Notes under the pieces: generated by a model | Seen by the model: the letters and a program-made list of their open reading frames with translations, nothing else | Databases searched by the model: none | Told to the model about the DNA's origin: nothing | Made by a program: the position numbers and the translations under genes | Shown: positions 14,669-27,777 of the stretch, one piece after another | How the letters are laid out: the number at the start of each line of letters is the position of its first letter | How positions within the stretch are numbered: position 1 is the stretch's first letter | From: Trichoplax sp. H2 | Lineage: Eukaryota | NCBI GenBank assembly: GCA_003344405.1 | Contig: NOWV01000118.1 | Span: 124,001 to 188,000, forward strand | DNA length: 64,000 bases | Direction of reading: 5' to 3'

Positions 14669-15565
14669 ATGTCAATCATGGAAGAAGGTACATTACCTCA
14701 GTCGGAAATGCACTTGATAACGATCGGCAATGTCCTTTATAAAATTAAACTATTCGCCAAGCGAGATAAGAACTCTACCGTTGAGGAGGAAAAGAAATTT
14801 TGGGCTAGAAGAGATGTTCGCCATGACATGAAACGAATGATAACTTTTATCTTACAGCATGAATCACGCTTATTCCCCATACGCAGCGATACATTTATCG
14901 CCTATCCTTATAAGAAATTATGGCATAAAGGCCAAGATTTATCATACTTTCGCGATAATAATCGATTGAATGTGAGCAAATTCGAATTTGTCTTATTTCT
15001 ACAGAATATTTCAAATGACCCAGTCCACCAGGAGCAGCTGCAATCTATTGCTAAAAATAAAAATTTACGCAGTAATAACACCAGATCAAAAAGAAAGCAT
15101 CTAAGCCTTGAAAGTAACTATGTTGGGCATAACAGTTCAAGTGGTAGCACAGCAAAAAAATCAAAGAAAGCCGATTGTGACCGTGGTAAGAAAGATCAAC
15201 TCCCAGGTGCACTAGAAGCCGATAATGTACAGGTGGAGAATGCTACAATAAGCAATGAAAAAATATGTGATACAGCCATTCGGCAATCCGCAGATGATAG
15301 CTGCAGCAGCAGCAGCACGGTTGGCGATGAGGATAACAATACTGGTAGTAACAGAAACATCGTTACTACAGCTTTGGCTTGTGATGAGGCTACAGAAGAG
15401 AATAAAGTATCAAACGACGATAATAGTAGTTTAATAGATGCTGACATTGGCCGAATAGAACAGTTGGCCAATCGAAACTATAAATTACATAAAGATCGCG
15501 GTAATACTAACGAGAGCACCGGTTCATTCTTGATGGCGTTTTTTAATCGATTTACTTATTCGTAA
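14669..15565 (+). CDS. MAJIN: MAJIN-like membrane-anchored junction protein (meiotic telomere complex), 298 aa, single coding exon
   Basis: The N-terminal ~110 aa align by eye with the mammalian MAJIN core: LPQSEMHLITIGNVLYKIKL vs YPFPETRFLHAGPNVYKFKI; LFPIRSDTFIAYPYKKLW vs LQPFATEHFIVFPYKSKW; FEFVLFLQ vs YPFVFTLYV. A basic patch RSKRKH (vs MRKRKH), a disordered middle and a hydrophobic C-terminus GSFLMAFFNRF follow. An in-frame stop lies upstream of the ATG. A probable 5'UTR intron spans 14405-14598. Confidence 0.72.
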   Translation: MSIMEEGTLPQSEMHLITIGNVLYKIKLFAKRDKNSTVEEEKKFWARRDVRHDMKRMITFILQHESRLFPIRSDTFIAYPYKKLWHKGQDLSYFRDNNRLNVSKFEFVLFLQNISNDPVHQEQLQSIAKNKNLRSNNTRSKRKHLSLESNYVGHNSSSGSTAKKSKKADCDRGKKDQLPGALEADNVQVENATISNEKICDTAIRQSADDSCSSSSTVGDEDNNTGSNRNIVTTALACDEATEENKVSNDDNSSLIDADIGRIEQLANRNYKLHKDRGNTNESTGSFLMAFFNRFTYS

Positions 15566-17410
15566 GCAGCTACATTTCCTGTCAAAGCCCATCACATTGT
15601 GGGCAATTGCGCCTTAAACTGATTGAAAATTTCGTAACTGTTTACCATATACGAATACTAAGGATTGTTACCTAGACAAGTTTTAGGCTGCGATCAAAAA
15701 ATAGATATCATGTTACTGCCAAAGTCCAATAGATGACTACATAATTTAATACTGTAGATTAATAGATATTTATTCATTGTTATATTGATACATCTGATGT
15801 TACTGAAGTTAGTGAAGTGAATCTATTAAATATGTTCGATTAAATAGATCTTACAAAATTTATAATATACTTTCGAGCTTTAAAAATTGACGTAATTCGT
15901 TCAATTTTGCTTCGATATAATAGTGCACTAAGTGCAGTATATTTTATAGTATATTCTTTATAATGAAATGCAATATCCATTATCGTGCACACTCAGCATG
16001 TATTTATTTATTCCTACTCCGAGACTCATACATTTCTTTAAGACTATAGTTAGTATGAGTGACAATGAAACAATTTCTCCATGTAATTAATACAAATGTT
16101 ATGTTATATTTTGGGATCAGCTGATCCGTTTATTCTATTTTGTTCAATATATCTTTAAGAATCGATAGATTTGTATGCATGTTGTAATCTGAATACCGTA
16201 TTCCAGTGTATACCAGCCATAATGCTAGACACTGTCATATTCGACAATTGTAGTATTTTATACTGTAATGTTATTCTCGTTTCCTTGCAGATATTTCACT
16301 ATTGCAAGTCTTATAAAATAGTTACATTACTCATGTGTTTTCTGATTGTATAATAAGAATCTTTGTTGGTTATTAAAATTTAAAATGTTTGCTTTTAACA
16401 GTAACAGCAATCGAGACTTGCTTGGTTTCGTAGTACAGTAATACGCGTATAGATGGCTGTATACTGTAGGAATGTTATAAATGACTTTGGCTTAACCTTG
16501 AGATATTCTTTCTAACTTCCATTTATTAGTGAAAATTAGCTTTGAAATGCTAGGTCAGTGTACTACTGATCACTCTGTTACAGTATTGCTGTCAGTGTTT
16601 CTACAATAATTTGAATGCAAAAGTGGATTAGTCATAATCACTAAGCACTGCAAAAAGTACGGTGTACTGTATATCATTACTTTTAATCGTCTACTTTGGC
16701 TCTTCCTATAATGTGAATTCTGTATCTGTTACTATCGATTGCACGGTAGATCGAATATACAGTATAACGTACTCTACAATATCAATTAGATAATTGAAAA
16801 TTCTGAATTTGGCTAGCTAGTTTGATTTAAAAAAAATATGCAAAACTTTGTTCGAAAGAGGCAGGGAGCTACTGCTATGCCGTCCCTTTTAAACAAGTGT
16901 GCATTCATGGCTTGGTATTTACTATAATAGCAAAGGGATAAATGTAGGTGTCAATGAAGATCAAAATCATGATTTTTATAGTGCGCTAAAGGCATATACC
17001 TACTCAATATCATGATGACTCTTGGTTCATCGAATATAAATTAGGATTACATTCAGGCATAAAAGACAAGGATAAGTCATCACCTGCGATCACTTACTGC
17101 CAATTTAAAGGAAAGTAGATTGGCGAGGTATCGAGGTAATTCATCTCCATAACAAATCCGCCTAGCTGCAAATGGACTATTAAATATTTTAATCTGAATA
17201 CAATCGTATTTTTAAAGTGGCAGCAACTGTTGGTTTTGTAAATGTTGGTGTATTCTTAACTATCATTTCCAGTTATTTTTTACTATGTAGTAAAAGTTCT
17301 AACTACAACTGTGACTACAAATAGAACTTATTCTAATCATTTTCATCCAAAGTAGGTTACGACAGCACGCCTATAATTGGTGAGTAAACAGTACACGTGT
17401 ATCTTTGAAG

Positions 17411-18412
17411 TATCTTCGCCTCATAAAAGTCGTATTCTTAAAGTGGTAGTCACTCTTTGGTTTTTGTCTATTCTCGTCTATTCTTAACTCATTTTGCAGT
17501 TATTTGTTACTGTGTCGTGAAAGTTATACTGCAAGTTATGTTGCTAATCACTTCCAAACTATCTGGCACTACTCCATTAGAAGAAGCCATTTCTATAGCG
17601 CAGGCGTAGCACCGTATGTACAGTACAGGAGTCCATATACTGTACACTGTGCTGTCATTTCATACTGTACTGTACAGGGTGTAGAAATTCGATCTAGATT
17701 TAAAAAAAACAGATAAAATGATCAAAAGATATACAGTTTTATGGGTTTTATTCGAAAATAAATCATAAAAATATTCACTGACTTATCTAGAAAGAAATTC
17801 TACACCTTGTACTGTACTGTACTGTATGTACAGTACTGTGTAGTGTCTACAGTGTGTACTGCCATGGACTGTAGGTGTACTATGCTAATATTGTGTTAAG
17901 GGAGTGTCTAGCATTCCGTCCATATTTCCAGCAGCAATCTTTGACCTCTGGCACCGTAGTAGTCTGTATCGGATAGTACTGCAGNNNNNNNNNNNNNNNN
18001 NNNNTATCTTCGCCTCATAAAAGTCGTATTCTTAAAGTGGTAGTCACTCTTTGGTTTTTGTCTATTCTCGTCTATTCTTAACTCATTTTGCAGTTATTTG
18101 TTACTGTGGCGTGAAAGTTATACTGCAAGTTATGTCGCTAATCACTTCCAAACTATCTGGCACTACTCCATTAGAAGAAGCCATTTCTACAGCGCAGGCG
18201 TAGTACCATCTGTACAGTACAGGAGTCCATATACTGTACACTGTGCTGTCATTTCATACTGTACTGTGTAGTGTCTACAGTGTGTACTGCCATGGACTGT
18301 AGGTGTACTATGCTAATATTGTGTTAAGGGAGTGTCTAGCATTCCGTCCATATTTCCAGCAGCAATCTTTGACCTCTGGCACCGTAGTAGTCTGTATCGG
18401 ATAGTACTGCAG
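17411..18412. repeat. Near-identical direct duplication either side of a 20-N gap (17985-18004), probably two uncollapsed alleles
   Basis: Copy 1 (17411-17984) and copy 2 (18005-18412) differ by a handful of SNPs and one 166-bp indel. Both abut the gap. Confidence 0.9.
17675..17809. mobile_element. 135-bp Tc1/mariner-type MITE with TA target-site duplication
   Basis: TA|CAGGGTGTAGAAATTCGATCTAGAT ... ATCTAGAAAGAAATTCTACACCTTG|TA: 25-bp terminal inverted repeats with 4 mismatches and an AT-rich non-coding interior. The element is absent from the second copy of the duplication. Confidence 0.8.
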
Positions 18413-19637
18413 GACACAAAGATTTCTAACTAGGGTGCAGTCGACTCGACTCTAACATTGCTTCCATTTTGACTGCGCCGAGAAAAGGAGTTTCGGCAAC
18501 GATTCCTCTAACATTGTAGACTTCTTTTTAGAAGCTATTTATCATAGAATCACAATTCGAACATCTGATGCTGCAAGATACACTTGTTGGATCCAATTCT
18601 TTACTGACAGTAAAGTAGATTATAGGCTAATCAAAAATAGCTTCTAAATGGATTGTCGGCTTCGGTAAGGTTTCTTCAAATCAATTTCAGTGTTGGTAAG
18701 GTAGAGACTGGATAAGGTTCAATTGGATTGTGCAATTGTTATCTAGGAGGAATCCTAAACGAATCTTTGAGTGTTTCTTGGAAGTTGCCAGGAATCAAAG
18801 TGACGATAGTAAGTCATGCTAAAAGTATCTAGTGTAATGCGGTATAGATGTAGTAAATAACGTATACAAAGTACATTACACCTTGTAGAGTTGTTGTAGA
18901 GTTCTTTGCCTCCTTGTAACGACTGGACACGTAACTCTTTCATACAATAACGGATCACACAGTCAAACTAGAGAGTAATTGCCAGATCTAAATTACAGTA
19001 AAGGATAGCTTAGTAAAACGTAATTACAAATATAGTGTAAGTAAAACCCACTTCAGGTAGGTGAGAAACTTTTGGAAGAGCTCATCGTAGACAAAGTTCG
19101 TCAGAGACGTCAGCACTTTCAATCGAAAACTACAATTTTTTTACAGTAATGATCGAAAGTAAAGAGATTGCTTCAGCGATATCAACAACAAAAAATGGAG
19201 ATCTATGTCTTTAGTTTATTCATTTAGTAATGATCGCGTAGGAATAGTAATAGTTGTATTTATGCTTCATCGATTTCTACTAGCGTTGCTTATTTAAATT
19301 ATAAATTAGTAAACCTAAAAAAGTACATATGGTATGCAATCCCAATGCAATGCCAATCGAATGATAGACGTTAAATAGCTTAATCGATAGAATTAGTAAT
19401 TTAAAACGACGCAACAATAATAAAGAAGAATCGAAAATATTTTATTGCTATTATCACAGTTATCCTCAAATACTATTAATAACAAACTATTCATTACGTA
19501 TGGATAAATCAAGCTTATCCATGTTTACCTGCAAAATAACAGTAAACGATGTCTTATGACACGGTACAGTGATCGTTTAGTATAGTAGCCCTGCTATGCA
19601 TTTCATTCATTAATTAATTATATTATTATATTTTTAG

Positions 19638-22600
19638 AAAAAAATCATCAAGTTGTCCTTACCTATCCACCAAATTATGACGATCAGGTAAATTCATATC
19701 CAAATAAAGTGACAAGTCTAAATTGATCGCGATTAACTAGACTTAAAACATCCAGCGGTTTACAGTACTGTAATTTCTGTCATTAACAATTCTTTACGTT
19801 AATCTAAAGTCATTAAATTTTACTTGTCTCTGTACCAATACTTTATATATTTCATTTTAAGGTTTAGATTTCCATTCTCAGATTTCAATCCTTTGCTCAA
19901 TAGTCCAGCTATATTATTTAGTCTTTTGAATTTTAACTACCTAAAAATCTAGAAAAACAAACATAGCGTTTAGTCGGTTCCAATTGATCACGAGCGCTGC
20001 TGCCAAGAAATTGCGATAATTTTCGATAGCGAGATAAACACAGTCACTGCACGTGCTATACGTGAGGCATGAAATCTTATAGTCTCTACTCTAGTTTCCA
20101 TATAATATTGCTATAATTATCGTGAATTATGTAGTATTTTCTAACTGATTAAAATCTCTACTTACATTGTAGGAAATATTACGCTCTGTACCACCGTTTT
20201 GCTTCCCATGTAAAACTGAACGGTTTGTTATTTCTTAAACAGGAAAAATAGTGTATTATCGGTTTCAGCTGCGAAGCTTTGCAGCAATTTATCAGTATCT
20301 CATGTACTTTGATTGGGTGTTACAGTATTCAGTTTGCAGTACTACATACTGTGTGAGTGTGCGTGTAATATGTCAACTTAAGACCAATTAATACATACTG
20401 TACTGTACAATTTCTGATAGTCATTTTTATCCATAATAATATTCATATATCAGATTAACGATATCGTAATGTGATGTTCTTAGAAATCAGATAAACCATA
20501 TCGGTATCTAAATTTACTATATAAACTATTATCAAGGATGCCATTAACTTTATGTTATTACTCTTTAGAAATGCGGGACATGTCCAACATTTTACTTTCA
20601 CTTTGACCGATGGTGAAGGAAAATACCGTTTCGGTTTTTGCCGTTTTCCTTCTAATGCTGATGTGTGCTTATGCATTATTAGGTATACCCTTACTGAACA
20701 GAAATTATAAAGAATTTATCTCATGTAATTCACCGATCGTTATAATCTCATTTATATTACTGTATGTATGTTAGCTACTTGCCATGGTTTGACAACTTTT
20801 ACAAGATATTAAATTTTATTGGCGATTATTACTGGAAAGGACAAGTATAAACATGATAAAACACATAATGTTATAATTAATAAATCGTATTTTATATTGA
20901 TCTGTGATATTTTACCAATCTAAGCTTGATGTGATTTTTTTTGCAGGTGCAACTTGCTCTAGATTTTATAAACATTATATACGAAACTCCAGTACCTGCT
21001 ACATCGATAAGAAATATCACATTTGCGCCAAACGATGGGTCCAGTCCGGTATGAATAAATATTTAACTGTACAGTATGCGTATTTGTCCTTATCGTATAA
21101 AAAATTTATATTGTTATTGCCGGTAATAATGCAATCCATTGTTGTTCATGTTAGCGCAATCATCTCAGTAATGAAATGCATTAGCCAGTACATTATTAGG
21201 AAATCTCCTTACTGTTCGTCTCGTTGAAGTAGTCTTATTATTGCTAATAACTGTGTGATCATTACAGTAAAAGAAAATACCAGTTGTAACTTTGCTCGTG
21301 GTACCCCTTTACTGCACCAAGTAGAATCTCACGTTACATAAACATAATCTTATGTACTATAAACCATATATTTGGGCGATGTGTTATTATTCTATTCACT
21401 GTTACTAATTTAAATGCAGCTAGCACTAATTGTCATACCCAAAAGCACTACAATGGTTCAGCAATTGCTACAATTTCATGACCTGTCTAATATTGTTAAC
21501 AATAAACCATAATTTTTAAAGTATGGTAATCCTTTGTAATAGAGAATACAATTATGTGAAGTACATAAAATTAAAATGTAATAGAAGTGCGTATGGATGT
21601 ACCGGCACCATATTTGGATTGTAGAATAGTTTAATGGTGCAGTTGTGACAGTCGGAATTAAGCTGTAACAAAAGCTAATCTATTTATTCTTATATATGAA
21701 ATGAGATATTATTTTTTCTTATATTATTATAGAAACTCGCTCTAGAAATCCCTGATCCGTATGCCTTACATTCTATACCTAGACACGTATGTAAACAATT
21801 TATTGCATATTCATTGAACTTAAGTGAGTAAATATTCTTATTCACATAATTAAATGTTGCTATATTTTATACAGCGTAATTTGACAGATTTCGTTTGTGC
21901 TGTACAACCTGCGAACATACTGCATTTATTTGCGTGGTTAGATAATTTTCGATTTTATCAGCTTCTTCTAAAATACGGTGTCTTACGAAATTAACCATGG
22001 TAATTTATACTTTAGCTTGCTTCATGAAAGAAGAATTCTTATTACGTCTTCCCGATTAAAATTGGTTAGCTAGTCAACTCATAGCATTTACATCTATGTT
22101 GGATAATTTTAGTTGATCACTTGGTGACATCCGGTCTGTGTATACGAATTAACTATTTTATATTTACTGTAGCTTACTGCTTGTGTATACAGTGCTGCAA
22201 ATCTTCTTTATCCAATGTACTGGTAAATGGTCTTGTTTATAATGTGTATACACATAGTATTGAAGGAAAAATTTTCCTTAAACTAAGATCGTTCGTGATA
22301 TTTTTAGGCAACATATCTTCATTCCTGTACTTCCACCGCATTTAATTGATTACTGTTGGTAAGTGATGTACGGCATATGCGATGCATGTATGTTTAACAC
22401 TTAAATTTATCTATGTATATGTTAATTACAATACAAACTTTTTAATACCGAAATAATTTGTATTTTAGCGCTCCTATGCCTTTTCTGATTGGTGTTCACT
22501 CGTCATTAATGGAGGTAAATCTTTCCAGTTTAAAGTGAAGGAAGCGAGATTTAAACCTTTTTCTTAGCCTTGACGGTATGAATTAATATCCGTTTTAGGA

Positions 22601-24761
22601 TGTAAGAAGGAGGCCTTTGAGCGAAGTTGTAATCTTAAATGTAGATGAAAATAAATTGGAATTACCGGACAAAGATTTAAATGCTCTTCCGCAAGAATTG
22701 GTTAGTTATTGCGACTCCATACTTACTCATTTTTATAAAATATTAAATGAATATATTGAGTCATTATTCTATTTTAGGTACATCATTTAAAAAGTATTTT
22801 GAAACGAAGTGACGCTATGGTAGAAGATACAATTCCTAGAGCATTTCTCGATGTCTTCGCATTACTACTTGGGTCTTATAAAGATGCTATTATGATAGAT
22901 GTTAGTAATAGTGTGTAAATTTTCTTTTAGAAGAGAAATTATAGAGTATTCATATGAGTACAATAAATTGGTGACTACCCTTTCTATTTACGTAGGAAGA
23001 GAAGAATATTTATGAATTTAATCGCGAATTGTAAGTAATTTATTTGTGTGTTCGACAGAGATTTTGATAGCTATAGTTGATTCCGGCTGCCAATGTCATA
23101 ACTCTGATATCTTTCCTACATCGCAGTTTTTTACATGGATTAAATCAAAGCTTGAAGCCATTCATGGATAAAGTGACACAGTTACAACAATTTCAACAAG
23201 TTAACGACTTTAAATTTGATTATATTATGAGGCTTGCAAATTGGTAACTTCTATCTCTGTGCTGCAATGTACTTAAGGAGTCTATTCTTCTACAGTTTAT
23301 AGCGGAAAGATTGGAAATTTATAATAATGAATCAAGAACGGTTATTGATGACTTCTTTGATACATACGTTAAAAGCTCCACTAAGGTATGGCAAAATTTT
23401 TGAAAGTAATCTAAATTAGCATATTCGTAAATGATCATTCAATTTTTATTTTCTTACAGTTAAATCTTACAATGGCAGCGATTAAGGTAGTCGTTTGTTA
23501 TTAGATGGACTAGATTATAGAGTATTATGGTGGATTAAAGATATTGTTTGCTTTTTAGGCATCCTCGCAAAATGTTATCAAAGCAGCGGGAACATTTTCG
23601 ACAGCTTTCATAAAGAAATTTAGCAGAACTTCAGTATGACATAGCCATTACAGTTTTAGATTTCGATACAATACTCGATGATGTGAGTTTTTTGAATCTA
23701 AAACTTCATCTGTTATTCCGCAGCCAATTGAGACATCTGCCCCTAGGGATCGAAACCTGAAAAAACTTGACAGCCGCGGTGCGAGACCCGTAATTGAATT
23801 ATTAAGTTCTGATGTAGACCGTATTCCTGAATATAAATTTGTATGTTAATTGATTTCGTTTGTTCATTATACCATTGTCTGCCCTAATTGGGTAATTTAA
23901 TGAAATATTGGATTTTCTATCGTAACATTTTTATAAAATGCTAATATATTATAGGGTACTACTGATATTAATGCATCCAGGGAAACGATGAAATCAACTA
24001 CTTCCGTAGACAAGCTTATAGACCTCGATGATAATAATCAAGCTGATCAAGTTACTACTTCCGGTGCCTTAAGGCCTCCTCCTAATACGACCGATAATGA
24101 AAATTTAATAGCTGAATTTGATGAATATGTAGTAATTGATAGTCCATCAGCTTTGCAAAAGAATTATAATAGATCGGTTCCTAATTTTATGGAACTTCGG
24201 TATGGAAGTAGCGCCCTTGCAGATAGACAAGATGTTGACAGCATTAATATTGCTGAAATGGCAAGTGAAGCCGCTCATTCACGAAGACAGCGCGATAGTC
24301 ATAAAGAAAGGATTAGCGTTAAAATTTATGAGCCTGGCAGTATTGCGACGTCTAAAGAACTGCATCCCTTGCCCTTACGAAATCCACCACCAATACCATC
24401 GAAAAAGCCGCCAGTGACCGCCCAAAATTCTATATCGGTTAGGCCACGCCCCAAAGCATCAACGGCAAGGCAGCAGTATATTTCATATGATGATACCAGG
24501 AGAAATACCACGGCACTGGATGATCTTGACTCTAGGATTGTAAAAAGGCGTCAAATAACAAGTCTTCCCGCTGCCTCAGATATTCCTGCCCCATTACATA
24601 TGATGAGTGCGCTTCCGTTTGGTGTTAATGCAAACCCTGCTGCAATTTACAAACGAGCTAGTATGGCTACTACTCCAGCAAGTTCTGTACTAAAACCTAC
24701 AATTGCTAATAATACCACAGCTACTCCAGGTATATCAGAATTTGATCCATTGAAATCATAA
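19638..24761 (+). CDS. DENND1: DENN domain Rab GEF, connecdenn/DENND1 family (multi-exon; start codon upstream of 19638 not resolved)
   Basis: Exons read VLTYPPNYDDQ | EILRSVPPFCFP | QHFTFTLTDGEGKYRFGFCR | SYLPWFDNFYKILN | RNLTDFV..LFACLLHERRILITS | LTACVYSAANLLYPMYW | [27 protein letters not shown], closely matching DENND1A/B. The last exon, 23955-24761, is a disordered tail with a clathrin-box-like LIDLD, PxxP motifs and a terminal EFDPL. Confidence 0.92.
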
Positions 24762-27700
24762 CATATGAGTGAATTTACAAACGATCTGCCTGTATTACGG
24801 AATATCTGAATTTATGCCGTAGTGAATTGTTTTAAATTTATAAACATACATACATTTCTCAGAATGTGTCTTGAAGATAGCAGAAATTTGTTTTCTGATA
24901 TCAAAATTTTTATAAAATATATAATAATGATGAGACAGAACAATGCTGCATCCTTTGCTGAGATATAATTAAGTAATGTATCAATCATTTAATACTTGTG
25001 GCGTATTCAATTGTAAGTAATTATACAATCACGTATAGTTTACGGTATTTCATGCCATGAGAAGCTAAATAAGTAATATATTTTATATTCTTTAAACTAC
25101 AAACCTATCTATACTAGAAGTATCAGCTGTTTTATTAGTTGATGTAAGTTAAGTGACTTGGTTTACTTTAATTTTGTGATACATGATATGCACATGTATA
25201 CAGAGTAGATGTAATTATTTGTACTAGGCAAAAATGCTAATCCTATAGCACTGATAATAAACTTTAAGAAACGTACTGTTGACACATCTAACGAATAATT
25301 GTAAGTTTAGTAACATTTTTTAGAATTATTGTAAATTTCATGCTACCTATTCATATAAATGCGCGAATAGCACGCGTATTAAATTAAGTCTATAATACTG
25401 CGTTCTGATACGATGATGGTAAAAAGATTTGTACGGAGAGATTTCAGGATGTGATTGTATTGTATACCATGTCATATGATATTTTAGATAATATTCAAAA
25501 TTTTAGTTACTTTCAGTCTCGTAGGTTTTATTTACATTTACTGCTTGCCGCATTCTGCAGCTTTTAGATGCTACAAATGTTACGGTGTGCAGCTTGTTAA
25601 GTTTATTTATTGTTAGATATTTTACTGGTAGGTCCGAGTACGAAATTAGCTCAAATTATTTCTAGGAATCGCTATTATTGCTGTTACTGTAACAAATGAT
25701 TGATATTTTAACGTAAACTTAGAATTTACAACAGTTGGTATGCGAGTAAATGGAGTAATAAAGTGCCTATTAACATTTTATACTTGTTGCCTTCATTGGA
25801 TTCCTAAAAGCGCTATCAGTATTGGGCTATCAATAGGAGTATGCTGATTGTCAATAACAGCCAAGATATCTAAAAATTTAGAAATTTAATAAGGTATACG
25901 CGTATAGTCAGATATTCCAACATGCAATCTAATATGACATTTGAGGGAGAATTCTTAGTTGAGTAGTCGCTGATTATGATCTAAGCATAAGTAATTTTAC
26001 TAAACATAGTGTACAGTACCTGTTTAGTAATGACGTTGGCGATAAGTTCTAAGGTTTCAAAGTGCGAGAATTTAATGTGATGTGGTCAATAAATATCTTT
26101 ATATAGCAACATGTTAACCCTTTACAAAGACTAGATTTCATAGAAGCGGCTAATCAACAAAACTACTTGGTTCTGTTAATTTCTTTACAAGAGTTATAAA
26201 ACATTGCCGTGCATAAAAATTTTGCATATGTATTTTTATTTATAATCTGTATAGCAAAATCATATACAGTAATTTTAATAACCTATCCAAAATTTTACCG
26301 ATTAAACATATTTTATGTTAAATCACTCCATTGCGAAGAAGTAATTTCGTCATTGCAAAGATTACAAATATGATTGCGTAGATTTTGGCTTAGCTTTCAG
26401 CCAATATTAACCTATGACGTAATAATATACAATTTACTAATAAGATTATGACTTTCTAAGCTAGAAGGCCTTAGATAAAATAGCTGCTATTCGATTCAAT
26501 CAGTCATAAAGAATATACTTTACAGCAATGCTTTTTTGCAACATATTGCTATTAGCCACGAATATAGGTTACATTCACACTGTTCAAATAGCTAAACAAT
26601 AGTAGATAGCAAATACAAATTTACTGTGTTCAGATATCTACACTTACTGCATAAAGTTCTCGTAACAGCTTGTATTAGAACGTATCAAAAAATATGTTTT
26701 AAAATTTTTCTGTAAATTGTAGGTACGTCTTTCCAAAGTATATTAGTTTAGGTCTAAATATTAGATAAACATAGAATTTGGAGAATTAGCCACACGAGAC
26801 CGTGTGTTATCCATATGGATAGAAGTATAAAAAAAAAAGAAAATACATTGAAAGATAAACTATATTCATGTAGAAAACCTTGCATGTCATGATCATATAT
26901 AATAATATATAGAACAAAATTGTTAGCATAAAAGACTATAACTGTAGCTGCAGTAGTGACATTAATCTAATAATTATAAACAACGCTTAGAATCAGAATG
27001 ATCATTTACGGTATGTAATTGAGATATTCAATAGGAATACAAAAAACAACCTTTGTTTCGCTAGACATGTATATTTTATGCTTCATGCAATTTAGTTTTT
27101 ACATCTTCCATCTAGCGCCACTTGGGGACTGTGGAGTAGATGTTTGCCTTATTAATTATTTAAATGGCTTGATAGAGATGTAATACATCATATTATAGTC
27201 TAATCTATACTGCTAAATTTGTGATTAATTATTAGAAGCCATTAAAAATGTTAATGTTATCTTGGAATATCAGCCAAATTATCTACAAAATTCAATATGC
27301 CTGACAGTTTCCTTTTGTCTTGTGATCTTAGTCAAACATTCTTCGTGTGCATCAAATTCTATATCATCCATTTGCTAAAGTCCAACTCGGTGCCAGCTTT
27401 TTAGCTATCCCATTGAATTATTTACTTTGGCAGAGAATTCTAAACAACTGCATCTTGATCTATTATGTCCGTCTTATAAAATTCGTAGATTGCTAGAAAC
27501 TGTTTATTTACAATAGGTTGGGAGTCTAATTAAAGTATAGCGTTCTAGATTGGTTGAAAATAGCAGATGGATCAGGAATTAATTTTAGCATTAGGACTGT
27601 TTAGTAGAAGCTGATGATCATGGCTAGTGCTCGTATAGGAGTATGTATTTCCATTATTGCTGGCAGTTTGCAAATTAGATTGGATAATGATTAGTGATCA

Positions 27701-27777
27701 ATAATGTGGTCGCTTAATTTTTTCAAACTATTACTGAGAATTGACGTTAGTAACATAGCTTGATGGCTGAATCTAGG

